Positions 28,103 through 39,760 are shown, counted from the stretch's first letter. The stretch: DNA of 64,000 bases from an uncultured bacterium (GCA_963716985.1 OY970323.1:1536001-1600000), one strand, 5' to 3'. A program made the numbers and translations. Notes: generated by a model from the letters alone, not told the origin.

Positions 28103-29116
28103 AAAAAACTCTTCCGCTTTTCTTTAAAAAAACCAAGACTAATCGAAGGCAATGAAATTGCCTACATTTTTTCTTGATGAATCGGAAAAATTTCTCGCGG
28201 CTTGTCAAAAAAACCATCTGAATAAAAAATTTCTTGGGTTGGAATTGCGAAAACCATAGACTCCGATTTTTAGGGTTTTTTTAAGAAAAATTTGCTCATG
28301 GACGTTAAGAAAAAAGCGCTCAGTTTTATCATACTCCTTGGCATCGTCAGCTGCTTTGCAGACATTGCCTATGAAGGAGCGAGGAGCATTGTAGGCCCCT
28401 ATCTCTCTCTTTTGGGCGCCACCGGCGCCATTGTCGGCACCGTCGTGGGGTTGGGAGAATTCATCGGGTATAGCCTTCGGGTAGTTTTTGGGTATTGGAG
28501 CGACCGGACACAAAAATATTGGATCATTACCTTCCTTGGCTATGCGATCAATCTCATCGCCGTTCCTCTATTTGCCTTTGCAGGGAGTTGGCAGACGGCC
28601 TCATTTTTGATCATCCTGGAAAGACTCGGCAAAGCCATCCGCTCACCCGCACGAGATGCCATGCTCTCTTATGCTACGAAAGAAGTGGGGCGCGGATGGG
28701 GATTTGCTCTCCATAATGCCATGGATCGGGTCGGTGCAATTGTAGGACCCTTGGTCATTTCTCTGTTTTTTCTTTTCAAGCAGAGCTATTTTTACGCATT
28801 TCTATCTCTTGCCCTTCCCGCCTTCATTGCACTTCTTGTTCTGGGGTTGACTCGTTTCTTCTATCCGAAACCTCAAGAAATGGAAAGCAGCATCTCTTTG
28901 GAAGCCAAAGGGCTGACCCGCGTTTATTGGATCTATATTTTTTCTGTCGGGCTTGTCGCTACGGGATATGCGGATTTTGCCTTCATCGCCTTTCACTTCG
29001 GAAAAACCTCTCTCTTATCTCCGCTCATGATTCCTCTTTTTTACGCAATTGCCACCGGAGCTGACGGAATGACAACGCTCTTCATCGGACGCATCTTTGA
29101 CGTGAAGGGAATTTCG

Positions 29117-30835
29117 GTAAGTTCTCAAAAACGTCTGGGAAAAACTAAAAACTTGCCGGCGATGCCTGTGATTTTTGTTCAATAAGATCTTTCATCCGGG
29201 GAATTTTTTTTGCATTTACAAGCCTGTCTTTCAAATAGTCACAAAAACTGATGCCTAATTTCATGCAGGTTTTCTTGAGACTTGCAAAAGTGTCTCTGGC
29301 TTTGCGGCCAGCTTCGCTTCGTGTGCCTCCAGAGATCTTTCTCCGCTTTGCATATTCACGGATATCTCTTTCGCAGTCATTGTTATGAAGAGGAATAAAT
29401 GGATACTTAAGGACGAGCAAGAGCCCGTCTTTTCTTGACCGGGTATTCGCAAGAAGTGAATTTATGGCTGCACTTTTGTATGCTTTGCCGAAAATCTGAT
29501 CGAATCGATCTTCAAGAGTTTTCTGCAGGACAAGAGTCGGTTTTTTCTTGTATTCTTTCAGCGCTTCATAAAAATCCCAAATATCTGAACGAACCATTTC
29601 AAGCTCTATTTTTTCAACATCTGATAGAGGAATCAGTTTTCGATAATGACGTTCTTCATGGACCCAACAAAGCCCATTTAGAAAAATTGCAAACTGTCTT
29701 GCAGCATCACTTATCGTAATCAGAAATGGGTTGACTCCTTTTTCCAAAGCCCCGCCTAAAAGAGCCGCTTCAGTAGCAATTCTACGATCTTTTTCAGATT
29801 CGATTTTTTGTTTTTTAAGAAAATTTTCCCAAAAAGCGCTTTCTTGAAATTGTTTACCTTTATGCTTCTCCAGAGCTGCGAGAGATTTTTCTCCAATCCC
29901 ATGCTCGAAAGCATAATTTATGGCCTCTTCCGTTAGAGCATACAATTCTTCCTTGCCCTGCAAGATTTTTAAAAAATTGATTCGACTTTTAGAACCTGTG
30001 CTTTCAAAGTAGGTAAACAAAGGACTGCCGATGGCTGTGCAGTATCCGTTCTTCCCATCGTGTCTTGCACCCGTATCATCTGCATTAAGAAATTTACTGA
30101 AAACCAGGCCGGCTTTGAGAATCTCTTCTTTTTCTTGGTGAAAGCTTTCTTTGTTCTGAATCAGAATATTGCTGAGTTGCGCCGGGGAAATGTCGATTCC
30201 CATTTCATAAAGCTGTTCTAACAAAAGAGGCTCTGTCACATGGCATTGATGATATTGCGAAAGGCAATAAGCAATCAGTTCCGCCCCAAAATGACCTTGT
30301 TGATATTCCGGGGGAAGTTCTCCACGAATACGTGACCCGTCAGGACTCAAATAGACCGCAAGGCGAAATTGTATTTCAAGAGACTCTATGCGGAGATCTT
30401 GAACGTTGTAGGTATCATAGCCCTTAAAAATCGATCCGGCAGGAATATTGTTGGGCAAAACTGTCTTTTGCTCTTTTTTTCTTTGTCTGCGAGAAGAAGA
30501 ACGATGAATATCAGAGTTTTTGGGAGGCGGCTTATTTTTTGCATCATCAGCTGTTCTTGAAGGGGATAATTTTGGCCGTGGTTTTTGACCTTTAAGTTTT
30601 GCAATTTCATCTTTGAGATGAGCGTTTTCTTCCGTCAATTCCTGAATGATCCTAAGGCAAACCTGAAGCAATTCGACCAACTTGTTGATGGTTGGATCTA
30701 GAACAAGATTCTCGGGAATTTCAGGAATTTGCAGTTTCATTCCTGAAATCATATATGGAAATAGCCTTAAAGACAAAATAAAAATTTAAGTTTACTTGAG
30801 GCGTTATGCTTTACCAAGGGTTTTTGAGAACTTAC
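29117..30835 (-). mobile_element. IS66-family single-ORF element (ISBst12-like organisation)
   Basis: 16-bp IR GTAAGTTCTCAAAAAC; 8-bp duplication GAATTTCG (29109-29116, 30836-30843). Confidence 0.93.
29145..30776 (-). CDS. IS66-family transposase
   Basis: N-terminal coiled coil, ADDTGARH, ISDAARQF, LCWVH, PLHNN..ERDIR. Confidence 0.9.
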   Translation of the reverse strand: MSLRLFPYMISGMKLQIPEIPENLVLDPTINKLVELLQVCLRIIQELTEENAHLKDEIAKLKGQKPRPKLSPSRTADDAKNKPPPKNSDIHRSSSRRQRKKEQKTVLPNNIPAGSIFKGYDTYNVQDLRIESLEIQFRLAVYLSPDGSRIRGELPPEYQQGHFGAELIAYCLSQYHQCHVTEPLLLEQLYEMGIDISPAQLSNILIQNKESFHQEKEEILKAGLVFSKFLNADDTGARHDGKNGYCTAIGSPLFTYFESTGSKSRINFLKILQGKEELYALTEEAINYAFEHGIGEKSLAALEKHKGKQFQESAFWENFLKKQKIESEKDRRIATEAALLGGALEKGVNPFLITISDAARQFAIFLNGLCWVHEERHYRKLIPLSDVEKIELEMVRSDIWDFYEALKEYKKKPTLVLQKTLEDRFDQIFGKAYKSAAINSLLANTRSRKDGLLLVLKYPFIPLHNNDCERDIREYAKRRKISGGTRSEAGRKARDTFASLKKTCMKLGISFCDYLKDRLVNAKKIPRMKDLIEQKSQASPASF

Positions 30836-31279
30836 GAATTTCGGTACTGATCCTCATCACCTTTATTTCCTCTCTTTTTGCGCCTCTCGTCTTTTTGGCA
30901 GGTTTTTGGGGAGCTTTGATCGGCATCATTCTCTGGGGCATCGGAATCGGATCCCAAGAAACGGTCATGAAAGCGCTTGTTGCTATTTTTGTCGCCCCGA
31001 ACAAAAGAGCTTCCGCCTATGGTCTTTTGAATTTCGTCTTCGGGTCCCTCTGGTTTATAGGAAGCGCTTTAATGGGTATTCTCTATGATTACTCTCCCCT
31101 CTATGTCGTCCTCTTTTCCCTCTTCACGCAGCTAGCGTCTCTTCCCCTTCTTTTCTGGGTCAAAAGACAAAAAATGTAAACCTTCTTTCTTTCGCAATCA
31201 TTCTCCCAATAAAACGACCTATGTCTTGACGGAAATACCAGTTCCTTTTATTAGGAAATCAGAATCTTTAGGAGATGTT

Positions 31280-32998
31280 ATGCAACGTTTTTCCCTTTTC
31301 TTGATCGCCCTGCTTTTATGGCTGGGAAATCCTCTTTTTTCTTGTACCACTATTCTGGTCACGAGGGAAGCGACTGCCGATGGCTCTTGCTTTGTCACCC
31401 ATTCTGACGATAACGAATTGCAAGATGAACGCATTATCTATGTTCCTGCCCAAGATTACCCCGAAGGGTCCAAAAGAGAGCTCTATCCTTATCTGGAAAA
31501 TTATCCCCGTTATGTAGGCAAAAGCAGAGGGCCGAATTACGAAAACCCCTCCTTCCCTCCAACGGAATCTCTCGGATCGATCGACCAGGTTCCCCACACT
31601 TATGCCTATTTTGACGCTGGCTACGGGATCATGAATGAACACCAGCTTTCCATCGGCGAAAGTACCTGCGTTGCAAAATTTTCTTTCGACCCGGAAAAGG
31701 GCAAGCGCATCATCGACATCGCAGAAATGTCGCGCATTGCTCTCGAGCGCTGCACCAATGCAAAAGATGCGGTCCTGCTCATTGGCCCTCTTGCCGAAAA
31801 ATATGGTTATTATGGCTGGGGAGAATGCCTCTTGATTGCGGATAAGACGGAAGGATGGGTCTTTGAAATCTGCTCGACTCCGAGCGGAACCGGTGCGATC
31901 TGGGTTGCAAAAAAGGTTCCTGACGGGGAGGTTTTTGTGAGCGCAAATGAGTTTCGCATCCGAGAAATCGATCCGAAAGATCCGAACATCCTCTACTCTT
32001 CCAACCTTTTTCAAGCCATTCAAGAAGCAGGCTGGTGGAGTCCTGATAGCAAAAAATCCTTGGATTGGCTAAAAGCGGTCAGCCCCGGAGAATATAATCA
32101 TCCCTACTACTCTCTTCGACGCATTTGGCGCGTACAAACCCTCCTCAATCCTTCTCTTCACCTAAGTCCTTGGGTCGAAGACGGATTTACCAAAGACTAC
32201 CCTTTTTCCATAAAACCCGCTCACAAACTCTCCCTGCAAGAGGTGATCCGCCTTCATCGAGACTACTATGAAGGTACAGAATTTGATCTGAGAAAGGGCC
32301 TTGCGTCCGGACCTTTTGGCTCTCCCTATCGCTGGATGGGAAAAGAAGATCACTATCATGAATTTGGCGTTTTAAAGGAAAATCCTATGGCTGAATCTAC
32401 GTTGAAAAAAGAGGGTGCTTGGGAAAGACCTATTTCCGTCTACTATATTGGCTATTCCTGGGTGTGCCAAATCCGTCCCTGGCTTCCGGATGCAGTCGGC
32501 GGCATTGCCTGGATCAGCTTGGATCAGCCGGCCACAAGCTATTACACGCCTTTTTACGCAGGAATTCAAAACCTTCCCGATTGCTACCAGAAAGGAAGCC
32601 CCTATTCTCTCAAGAGAGAGTCGGCTTGGTGGGCAGCCAATGTTGTCTCTAACTGGGCAGATGTCAAATTTTCTTATATCTATAAAGACATCCAGGCAAA
32701 GCAAAAAGAAGTGGAAAGAAAAATCTTTACCGCCATTGCCGCCGTTGATAAAAAAGCCATGGCCCTCTATCAGAAAGATCCCAAAGCCGCGCGAGAATAT
32801 CTGACCGGCTATTGCAATACAACCGCCAGCGAGATGAGCAAGACCTGGTGGTCTTTTGCCGATTTTCTTGTCGAAAAATATATCGATGGCTACGTCAATA
32901 AACCCAACATACGAGACCGGGTGGGCTATCCAAAAGAATGGGAAAAAGCGGTTGGCTACGGGAAGGGCCCCATTTCTTACCAAAAAAATATGCAATAA
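31280..32998 (+). CDS. Secreted C69-family dipeptidase (Ntn hydrolase)
   Basis: Signal peptide then CTTILV...DGS, MNEHQLSIGEST, YSLRRIW, ERPIS. Confidence 0.9.
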   Translation: MQRFSLFLIALLLWLGNPLFSCTTILVTREATADGSCFVTHSDDNELQDERIIYVPAQDYPEGSKRELYPYLENYPRYVGKSRGPNYENPSFPPTESLGSIDQVPHTYAYFDAGYGIMNEHQLSIGESTCVAKFSFDPEKGKRIIDIAEMSRIALERCTNAKDAVLLIGPLAEKYGYYGWGECLLIADKTEGWVFEICSTPSGTGAIWVAKKVPDGEVFVSANEFRIREIDPKDPNILYSSNLFQAIQEAGWWSPDSKKSLDWLKAVSPGEYNHPYYSLRRIWRVQTLLNPSLHLSPWVEDGFTKDYPFSIKPAHKLSLQEVIRLHRDYYEGTEFDLRKGLASGPFGSPYRWMGKEDHYHEFGVLKENPMAESTLKKEGAWERPISVYYIGYSWVCQIRPWLPDAVGGIAWISLDQPATSYYTPFYAGIQNLPDCYQKGSPYSLKRESAWWAANVVSNWADVKFSYIYKDIQAKQKEVERKIFTAIAAVDKKAMALYQKDPKAAREYLTGYCNTTASEMSKTWWSFADFLVEKYIDGYVNKPNIRDRVGYPKEWEKAVGYGKGPISYQKNMQ

Positions 32999-33108
32999 GA
33001 AAAAGGCTGAAAAAGTGCCCGCTCTCAAGTTCATGTGCACCTCGTAGCGCACGTTGCAATCGCTATAGAGCAAAAATCTCTTCTTTTTTCGATCCTTTTT
33101 TCCATAAT

Positions 33109-34630
33109 CTCGACTTTGTACATTTTTCGATCTGATAGCCCAAAGTCATTTGCTTCAATCTGTAAAATAAAAAGTTGATAGAGAGTGCCGCTTCGCGCAT
33201 ACTATTTGGTTCAGTAAAACAAAATGGTAGGCTCTCATGGACTCTCTATCGTCAAACATTTTAGCAGTACTCATCCCTTTTTCAGTACTTTTTTCAAATC
33301 CTTCTTGGAAAAAAGCTCTGACCTTATTACTTGGCACGCTTTTATGCACTGGCAAGAGAACCGTGTGCGCGGCTCTGCGCGCAATGGGTCTTGAGCATCA
33401 GGCGGGTTTTTCAAAGTACCATCACCTTTTAAACCGGGCGGAATGGTCGTCACTCAAGGCAGCGAAAATCCTATTCTTTATGTTGCTTATCTTTGTCTCC
33501 GATCAGCATCCTTTGGTTCTGCTCATTGACGAGACATTGGAGCGCAGGCGTGGCAAGAAGATAAAAGCAAAGGGCTATTATCGAGATGCGGTTCGATCGT
33601 CACAGTCTCGAGTGGTCAAAGCCATGGGTTTGAAGTGGCAGGTTATGGCGCTCTCTGTGAAATTGCCGTTTATGTCGAGAGCACTTGCATTGCCTTTTTT
33701 GAGTGCACTGGAGCCTTCTAAAAAATGTGATGAAGCGAAGAAACGTCGGCACAAAACCTCATTAAAATGGGCGAGTCAGATGATCTTACAGGTGCGTCGA
33801 TGGGTAGGTAAGGCGCGATCACTAATTCTTGTTGGCGATGGAGGATATGCTGCGGGACAGTTGGCTCTGAACTGTATCTGTTCTGGGGTGACTCTTGTTT
33901 CGCGACTGAAAATGAATGCAGCCCTGTTCGATTTCCCGGCCGAAAAGCGTCCCGGTCAAAGGGGACGTACAGCACAGAAGGGCGTCAAATTGAAAAATTT
34001 TAAAGAGATGCTATCTCTGAAGGGATTGCCCTGGAAAGAAATGGAAGTAGTCGGTTACGGCGGAGAGAAACGGGTAGCTCGCGTGCTGTCTAACACATGT
34101 ATGTGGGGAGCCGATGGAGTGACTCCTATTCCCATCCGATGGACTTTGGTGGTGGATCCTACAGGAAAACTTGATCCTCTACCTCTTATGAGCACAGATC
34201 CACTCATGACGGCAGAACGTATGATAGAATTATTTATCGATCGCTGGGGACTTGAGGTCACATTCGAGGAAACACGTGAACATCTTGGCGTAGAGACCCA
34301 GCGGCAATGGTCGGATCGAGCAATAGCCCGATCGACTCCCATACTGATGGGGCTATATAGTTGTGTATGCCTAATGGCAAATCGATTGGGACAGGTAAAG
34401 TTGCTGAAAGTAGAGGCAACTGCTTGGCACCAAAAAGAGCACGTCACATTTTCCGATATGTTGAGGGCCGTGCGCATGGTAATATGGAGGGATAATTTAA
34501 TTTCCGGGAAGGCTAAAATCACCCCTTCCGTGGAAAATATTACTCCGGAAATGGTGGATTGGATGGATGATATAGTAAGGCGAGTGCTTCAGGCGGCCTG
34601 AGCTAAGCCGCTAAAAGTTGCAAAGTCGAG
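33109..34630 (+). mobile_element. IS701-like DDE element, apparently intact
   Basis: IR CTCGACTTTG/CAAAGTCGAG; 5-bp duplication ATAAT (33104-33108, 34631-34635). Confidence 0.88.
33237..34601 (+). CDS. IS701-like transposase
   Basis: LIDETLERR, LVGDGGYA, RWGLEVTFEE. Confidence 0.88.
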   Translation: MDSLSSNILAVLIPFSVLFSNPSWKKALTLLLGTLLCTGKRTVCAALRAMGLEHQAGFSKYHHLLNRAEWSSLKAAKILFFMLLIFVSDQHPLVLLIDETLERRRGKKIKAKGYYRDAVRSSQSRVVKAMGLKWQVMALSVKLPFMSRALALPFLSALEPSKKCDEAKKRRHKTSLKWASQMILQVRRWVGKARSLILVGDGGYAAGQLALNCICSGVTLVSRLKMNAALFDFPAEKRPGQRGRTAQKGVKLKNFKEMLSLKGLPWKEMEVVGYGGEKRVARVLSNTCMWGADGVTPIPIRWTLVVDPTGKLDPLPLMSTDPLMTAERMIELFIDRWGLEVTFEETREHLGVETQRQWSDRAIARSTPILMGLYSCVCLMANRLGQVKLLKVEATAWHQKEHVTFSDMLRAVRMVIWRDNLISGKAKITPSVENITPEMVDWMDDIVRRVLQAA

Positions 34631-34770
34631 ATAATGTTTTTTTATAAAATAATATTTCTAATTATTTATCCAAAAATCCATTTTTTTTCTCAAAAATCTG
34701 TAAATCACATATCTTTTATGCCCTATTCATGGTATAACAAAACCCTCTTACAACCAAAACCGATAGAACT

Positions 34771-36036
34771 ATGCATTTTAAAGATTTAATTTCTCATCCG
34801 AAAATTCTTCAAGCCATTGAAGATGCAGGACATACACTACCTACGCCCATTCAGAAAGAGGTCATTTTAAAGGTTGCCGAAGGACGGGATATCCGCGCAT
34901 CTTCTGAAACCGGATCCGGCAAAACCGCGGCCTTTATCCTTCCCGCTTTAGAAAAGCTTGCCAACCACTCTCCTCTGCCGGGAAAGGGCCCAAGGGTTTT
35001 GATTTTAGTTCCCACGCGCGAGCTTGCCTTGCAAGTCTCTGCCGAGGCAAAAAAGTATGGAAAGCATCTTCCAAAGATCACTACCATCTGCATTTATGGA
35101 GGAACTCCCTATCCAAGACAGCTGCAAGAACTTTCTCGCCCTTATGACATTCTCGTCGCAACTCCAGGACGCCTTCTGGACCATATAGAAAGAGGCCGCA
35201 TACGTTTTTCAAGAACGGAGCTTTTCATACTGGATGAAGCAGACCGCATGCTCGATATGGGCTTCATCGAACCCGTTGAAGAAATCGCCGCCCTTCTTCC
35301 TCAAAAGCACCAAACACTCATGTTTTCTGCCACATTGAAGGGAAGCGTTCTGAAGCTCTCTGAAAAGCTTCTCAATCACCCCGTCGAAGCGATCATCGAG
35401 CGCGACAGGTCCCAAGAAGAGCAGATCGAACAACGCCTTTTCCGCGTCGATAACCTCGACCATAAATATCGCCTTCTCGACCACCTTTTAAAAATCCCGG
35501 AGATGAAACAGGCCATCGTATTTACGGCAACCAAACACCAAGCAGACCAGATTACAAGGAAGTTAATGGGACAGGGCCATGATGCCGCAGCGCTTCACGG
35601 AGATATGAACCAACGACAAAGAACGCGCACCATGATGAGAATGAGAAAAGAAGAGGTGCGCATCCTCGTTGCCACCGACGTTGCCGCAAGAGGAATTGAC
35701 ATTCTCACGATCAGCCATATCATCAACTTTGACCTTCCGAAGATCGCAGAAGATTACGTACACCGCATCGGCAGAACGGGCAGGGCCAGCAACAAGGGCA
35801 CCGCCTTTTCCTTTGTCGCGCCAAACGATCGGTCTTGCCTCAAAAAAATTGAGCAATTTACGGGTCGAAAAATTGTCCATGACACCATTCCCGGAATAGA
35901 AGCTAGAAATCAAGGGGAAGATAAAGGCAATCGCTCAGGCGAGGGAAATTTCAATCGCCATAGACGAAGTCGTTTTCCGGGGCAGGGAAAATTCAAGCCG
36001 AAACGATTTTTTGGAAAGAGACGCCCCTCCTATTAA
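34771..36036 (+). CDS. DEAD-box RNA helicase (RhlE/CshA-like)
   Basis: TGSGKT, PTRELA, DEAD, SAT, ARGID, HRIGRTGR. Confidence 0.95.
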   Translation: MHFKDLISHPKILQAIEDAGHTLPTPIQKEVILKVAEGRDIRASSETGSGKTAAFILPALEKLANHSPLPGKGPRVLILVPTRELALQVSAEAKKYGKHLPKITTICIYGGTPYPRQLQELSRPYDILVATPGRLLDHIERGRIRFSRTELFILDEADRMLDMGFIEPVEEIAALLPQKHQTLMFSATLKGSVLKLSEKLLNHPVEAIIERDRSQEEQIEQRLFRVDNLDHKYRLLDHLLKIPEMKQAIVFTATKHQADQITRKLMGQGHDAAALHGDMNQRQRTRTMMRMRKEEVRILVATDVAARGIDILTISHIINFDLPKIAEDYVHRIGRTGRASNKGTAFSFVAPNDRSCLKKIEQFTGRKIVHDTIPGIEARNQGEDKGNRSGEGNFNRHRRSRFPGQGKFKPKRFFGKRRPSY

Positions 36037-36089
36037 TTTCTGATAGAGCAAACTTGCATGCCGACCGACTTCCTTGCTACAATCATTTT

Positions 36090-37877
36090 ATGACTTTGTT
36101 ATGCAGCTGTCAGTCGATTGCGAAATCCTATAGCACGCGCGTGCTCTTTCAGGATTTGTCTTTGAGCATATTCGCAAAAGACCGCATCGGCTTGATCGGA
36201 CCTAATGGATCGGGAAAAACGACTCTTTTGAACATTCTTTCCGGACGGGAATCTCCCGATAGCGGAACCATTTCTTATCAGCGCGGACTTAAAATCGGCT
36301 ATCTTCCCCAATCCTGCGACCATCCGGATAAAAAACCCGATCAAATCCTCTTCGATGCCCTAAAGCAAGATGGTGAAACACCCGATTATGAAAAAGAAAG
36401 GATCGTGCGCACATGGCTCTCAAGGTTCGGCTTCGGCGGCCACGAACCTTCCGCCGCCCTTTTGTCGGGCGGATGGAAGAAAAGGCTCTCTTTAGCCAAG
36501 GAGTTGATCACATCTCCGGATCTGCTCCTTTTGGACGAGCCCACCAACCATCTCGATTTAGAAGGAATACTCTGGCTTGAAAAATTCCTCTCGAAAGAAA
36601 AGATCACCTATCTTCTCGTAAGCCATGATCGCTATTTTTTACAAAATACCATAGAGCGGATCATTGAAATCGATCCGGCCTACCCAAAAGGAGTCTTTTC
36701 CATCGAAGGCTCCTATAGCTATTTCTTGGAAAAAAAAGAGGCATTCCTAGAAGGGCAGCTGACCATAGAAAAATCCCTCGCATCTAAAGCAAAAAGAGAA
36801 GAAGAGTGGCTCCGTCAATCTCCGAAAGCCAGAACCACAAAATCCCAATCGAGAATGGATGCAGCGCAAGCTCTTGCGCAAGAACTGAAGCGGGCCAAAG
36901 AAAGAAACCGGCAAAGACGGGCACAAATTGATTTTGCTTCGACCGAGCGTCAAACGCGGAAACTGCTCGTCGCAAAAAACCTCTCCAAGCAGATCGGCCA
37001 AAAGCCCCTGTTTTGCCATTTGGACTTTACCCTTTCCCCCTCTTCCCATCTGGGACTCATGGGGCTCAATGGGTCGGGAAAAACAACACTCCTCCGCCTT
37101 CTTGCCGGCGAAATTCTTCCGGATGAAGGAACGATCAAACAAGCCGACGGGCTAAAAGTTGTTTATTTTGACCAGCATCGCATGCAGCTTGCCCCTACAA
37201 TTTCATTAAGAGAAGCGCTCTCACCCCAAGGAAATTTTGTCTTTTTTCGAGGGCATCCCGTTCATGTCAATGGCTGGTGCAAGCGTTTTCTCTTCTCTCC
37301 CGACCTTCTCGATATGCCTCTTGGCAAACTCTCCGGCGGGGAAAGGGCCCGCATCCATATCGCACATCTCATGCTGCAGCCGGCCGACGTTCTTCTTTTG
37401 GATGAGCCGACCAATGACCTTGACATCCCGACCCTTGAAACTCTTGAAGAAGGTCTTTTGGATTTTCCGGGGGCCATTGTCTTGATTACCCATGATCGCT
37501 GCATGCTCTCTCGTCTGTGCAACTCTCTTCTCGTCCTGGGCCGCTCAGAAACACCTACCTTCTATGCAGACTATGCCCAATGGGAAGCCTCTCTGGAAAC
37601 AACGCTTTCCAAAAGCGGGGAAGAAAAGAAAAAAGAAGGCCTTTCCGCAAAAGAAAAAATCTCTTCTTCGGAAAAAAAAGAACGGACGCAAATCGAGAGA
37701 AAAATTTCTCAATTGGAAGAAGAGGTAAGAGATCTCAATACCCTGCTCGAAGATCCTTTGATTGCGCAAAACCATGAAAAACTCGAAGAGATTTGCGCCT
37801 CCGTTTCTCTCAAAGAAAACCAGATCGAGCAGCTCTATATTCGCTGGGAAGAGATAGAAAAAAAAGCATCGCAATGA
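36090..37877 (+). CDS. ABC-F family ATPase, Uup-like
   Basis: Two Walker A motifs, LSGG and LDEPTN twice, PKARTTKS linker, C-terminal coiled coil. Confidence 0.9.
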   Translation: MTLLCSCQSIAKSYSTRVLFQDLSLSIFAKDRIGLIGPNGSGKTTLLNILSGRESPDSGTISYQRGLKIGYLPQSCDHPDKKPDQILFDALKQDGETPDYEKERIVRTWLSRFGFGGHEPSAALLSGGWKKRLSLAKELITSPDLLLLDEPTNHLDLEGILWLEKFLSKEKITYLLVSHDRYFLQNTIERIIEIDPAYPKGVFSIEGSYSYFLEKKEAFLEGQLTIEKSLASKAKREEEWLRQSPKARTTKSQSRMDAAQALAQELKRAKERNRQRRAQIDFASTERQTRKLLVAKNLSKQIGQKPLFCHLDFTLSPSSHLGLMGLNGSGKTTLLRLLAGEILPDEGTIKQADGLKVVYFDQHRMQLAPTISLREALSPQGNFVFFRGHPVHVNGWCKRFLFSPDLLDMPLGKLSGGERARIHIAHLMLQPADVLLLDEPTNDLDIPTLETLEEGLLDFPGAIVLITHDRCMLSRLCNSLLVLGRSETPTFYADYAQWEASLETTLSKSGEEKKKEGLSAKEKISSSEKKERTQIERKISQLEEEVRDLNTLLEDPLIAQNHEKLEEICASVSLKENQIEQLYIRWEEIEKKASQ

Positions 37878-37882
37878 TGCGT

Positions 37883-38272
37883 TTATTTCTTCGTTTTTGC
37901 AATACAGGAAATTTCCACAAGCGCATCCATGGGAAGCTTTCCTACCTGCATCGCCTGCCGTGCCGGCTTTATCGGACAGGAAAAGGTTTGCGCATAGATC
38001 TTGTTCATCTCCTGAAAATCTCCCATGTCTTTCAAATAGACCTCCGTCTTCACCACGTCGGCAAATCCGAGTCCCGCTTTTTTCAAAATCGCCTCGATAT
38101 TCTCAAGGACCTGCTTCGTCTGCCCCTGAATGGTTAAATCCACAATTTTTCCCTCTTTAGGATCGATGGGAATTTGCCCGGAAACAAACAGAAATCCCCC
38201 TGCTACGACTGCTTGCGAATAGGGTCCGATGGCTTTTGGCGCATCTGGTGTTTCAATCTTTTGAACGTCCAT
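37883..38272 (-). CDS. ridA: RidA-family enamine/imine deaminase
   Basis: [20 protein letters not shown]. Confidence 0.9.
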   Translation of the reverse strand: MDVQKIETPDAPKAIGPYSQAVVAGGFLFVSGQIPIDPKEGKIVDLTIQGQTKQVLENIEAILKKAGLGFADVVKTEVYLKDMGDFQEMNKIYAQTFSCPIKPARQAMQVGKLPMDALVEISCIAKTKK

Positions 38273-38413
38273 AAAAAAAAGTCCTTTTTTCTTGGATTCT
38301 CTTCTTTAGGTTTATCAGAATCGGCAAAAAAGCGCTTAAGATTTATCGCGAGTGGCTAGGGGAAAAACCGAGGGAAAATCTCTTTTGCTCCAAGAGATAG
38401 GTCCATAGCAAGT

Positions 38414-39682
38414 CTAAATTTCATCGAGATTGATCCATTTCTTTTTCTTTCTTTTTCGATGCAAACTAGAGGAAAGATAAATGGTAATCAAGAGCATAAG
38501 GGCTGCGCAAATGAGGGCATAGACAAACTGATGCTGCACAATTGTTTTCGAAAGCGGATTTTTTGTTTCGACCGCGAAAGCAACCATCCCAACGCCAATG
38601 ACATATCCGATGATCATCCAAGCAATTCCCATTTCCATATAGGGCAAAATCTTCAATTGAAAACGCGAGCTTTCCTGCAACTCTTTGAGCTCTTCTTCCA
38701 TCATAGAGAAAAGAATGGGAGAAATAGCCGAACAGGCAATCCCTCCAAGCGCGAGGCGAGAAACAAATCCCGTCCAATCTTCTTGTGCCGGGAAGGAAAT
38801 CAGCACTAAGATCAGCAAGAAAACAAGAAAGAAAAACACGTTGCGGGCCGCGAAAAAATAGAGAGGGGCCAAAATCAAAAACTGTCCGACAATCAAAAAT
38901 ATCCAGAATATGGAAACCACGCCGCCAGAGACTTTTGGCTCAAAAAAGAAATCAAGAAATTTTTCCCCCCAAAGAATCATCGTATTTTCACAAATGCCAT
39001 AGAAAATAATCAGCAGAAAAAACAAAAAAAAGCGATAGTGCAATTCTCTCCATATCAGTGTGGATTTTCCCAAATGAATCAAATGTTTGGGATAGGGCGG
39101 CGAGAAAAAATATTCGCGAATAAAAATAATCGAAAATATAACCAAGCTTTCCACCAAAATCAAAAAAAACATCTGTTCTTGCCAGGAATCAAAAAATTTC
39201 GCAACTATGGAAGCGAGCATAACTCCGATGTTCGTAAAAGCAAACAGGGCCGTAAGCGCCAGTCCCAAAAAACGGGGAATTTCAATGATCACATAGGTGA
39301 TAAGAGCAATGAATACAACAGCAAAAGCAATTCCGCAAGCAACCATTCCCAGAATTAAAAAAGAATCGGCAACAATGAGGCTTCCTCGAAAAAACTGGGA
39401 AATGAACAACAAAACCAGACCCCAAAAATAAAAAAGAAACCCACTGATCAAGAGATTTTTTACCCCATATTTCCGAGTAAAAAATTGGTTAAATAAAGAC
39501 ATCAAGACCACAGAGCCATACAAAATAACCACCAACGACACATGAAACGTGCGAGAAAAACTCGTGAAGAAAAAATCAGATAGATTTTGGGCCATGCAAA
39601 AAGTGATCGCATGCAGAATGGCAAACAAGAACATGCTCAAGACAATTCGATGGCGAAAAGAAAAAATTTTCTCGATCCACAT
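38414..39682 (-). CDS. MFS-like multi-pass membrane transporter
   Basis: About 12 hydrophobic segments, 422 aa. Confidence 0.7.
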   Translation of the reverse strand: MWIEKIFSFRHRIVLSMFLFAILHAITFCMAQNLSDFFFTSFSRTFHVSLVVILYGSVVLMSLFNQFFTRKYGVKNLLISGFLFYFWGLVLLFISQFFRGSLIVADSFLILGMVACGIAFAVVFIALITYVIIEIPRFLGLALTALFAFTNIGVMLASIVAKFFDSWQEQMFFLILVESLVIFSIIFIREYFFSPPYPKHLIHLGKSTLIWRELHYRFFLFFLLIIFYGICENTMILWGEKFLDFFFEPKVSGGVVSIFWIFLIVGQFLILAPLYFFAARNVFFFLVFLLILVLISFPAQEDWTGFVSRLALGGIACSAISPILFSMMEEELKELQESSRFQLKILPYMEMGIAWMIIGYVIGVGMVAFAVETKNPLSKTIVQHQFVYALICAALMLLITIYLSSSLHRKRKKKKWINLDEI

Positions 39683-39760
39683 GTAAATGTCTCTTCTTTT
39701 TTCGATGTATACAAGAAAAAAAAATTTTCTAATATTAGAATCTTAAGAACCACTCGTTTA

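Larger units (their letters stand above)
28298..31179 (+). pseudogene. MFS transporter split by IS66 insertion (28298-29116 and 30844-31179)
   Basis: Removing the IS and one GAATTTCG copy restores GGA ATT TCG GTA CTG (GISVL) in frame; ERLGKAIRSPARD motif. Confidence 0.9.

Noticed and set aside
30796..31179. Independent 127-aa membrane protein
   Set aside because: C-terminal part of the IS-split MFS gene with a start inside the IS end
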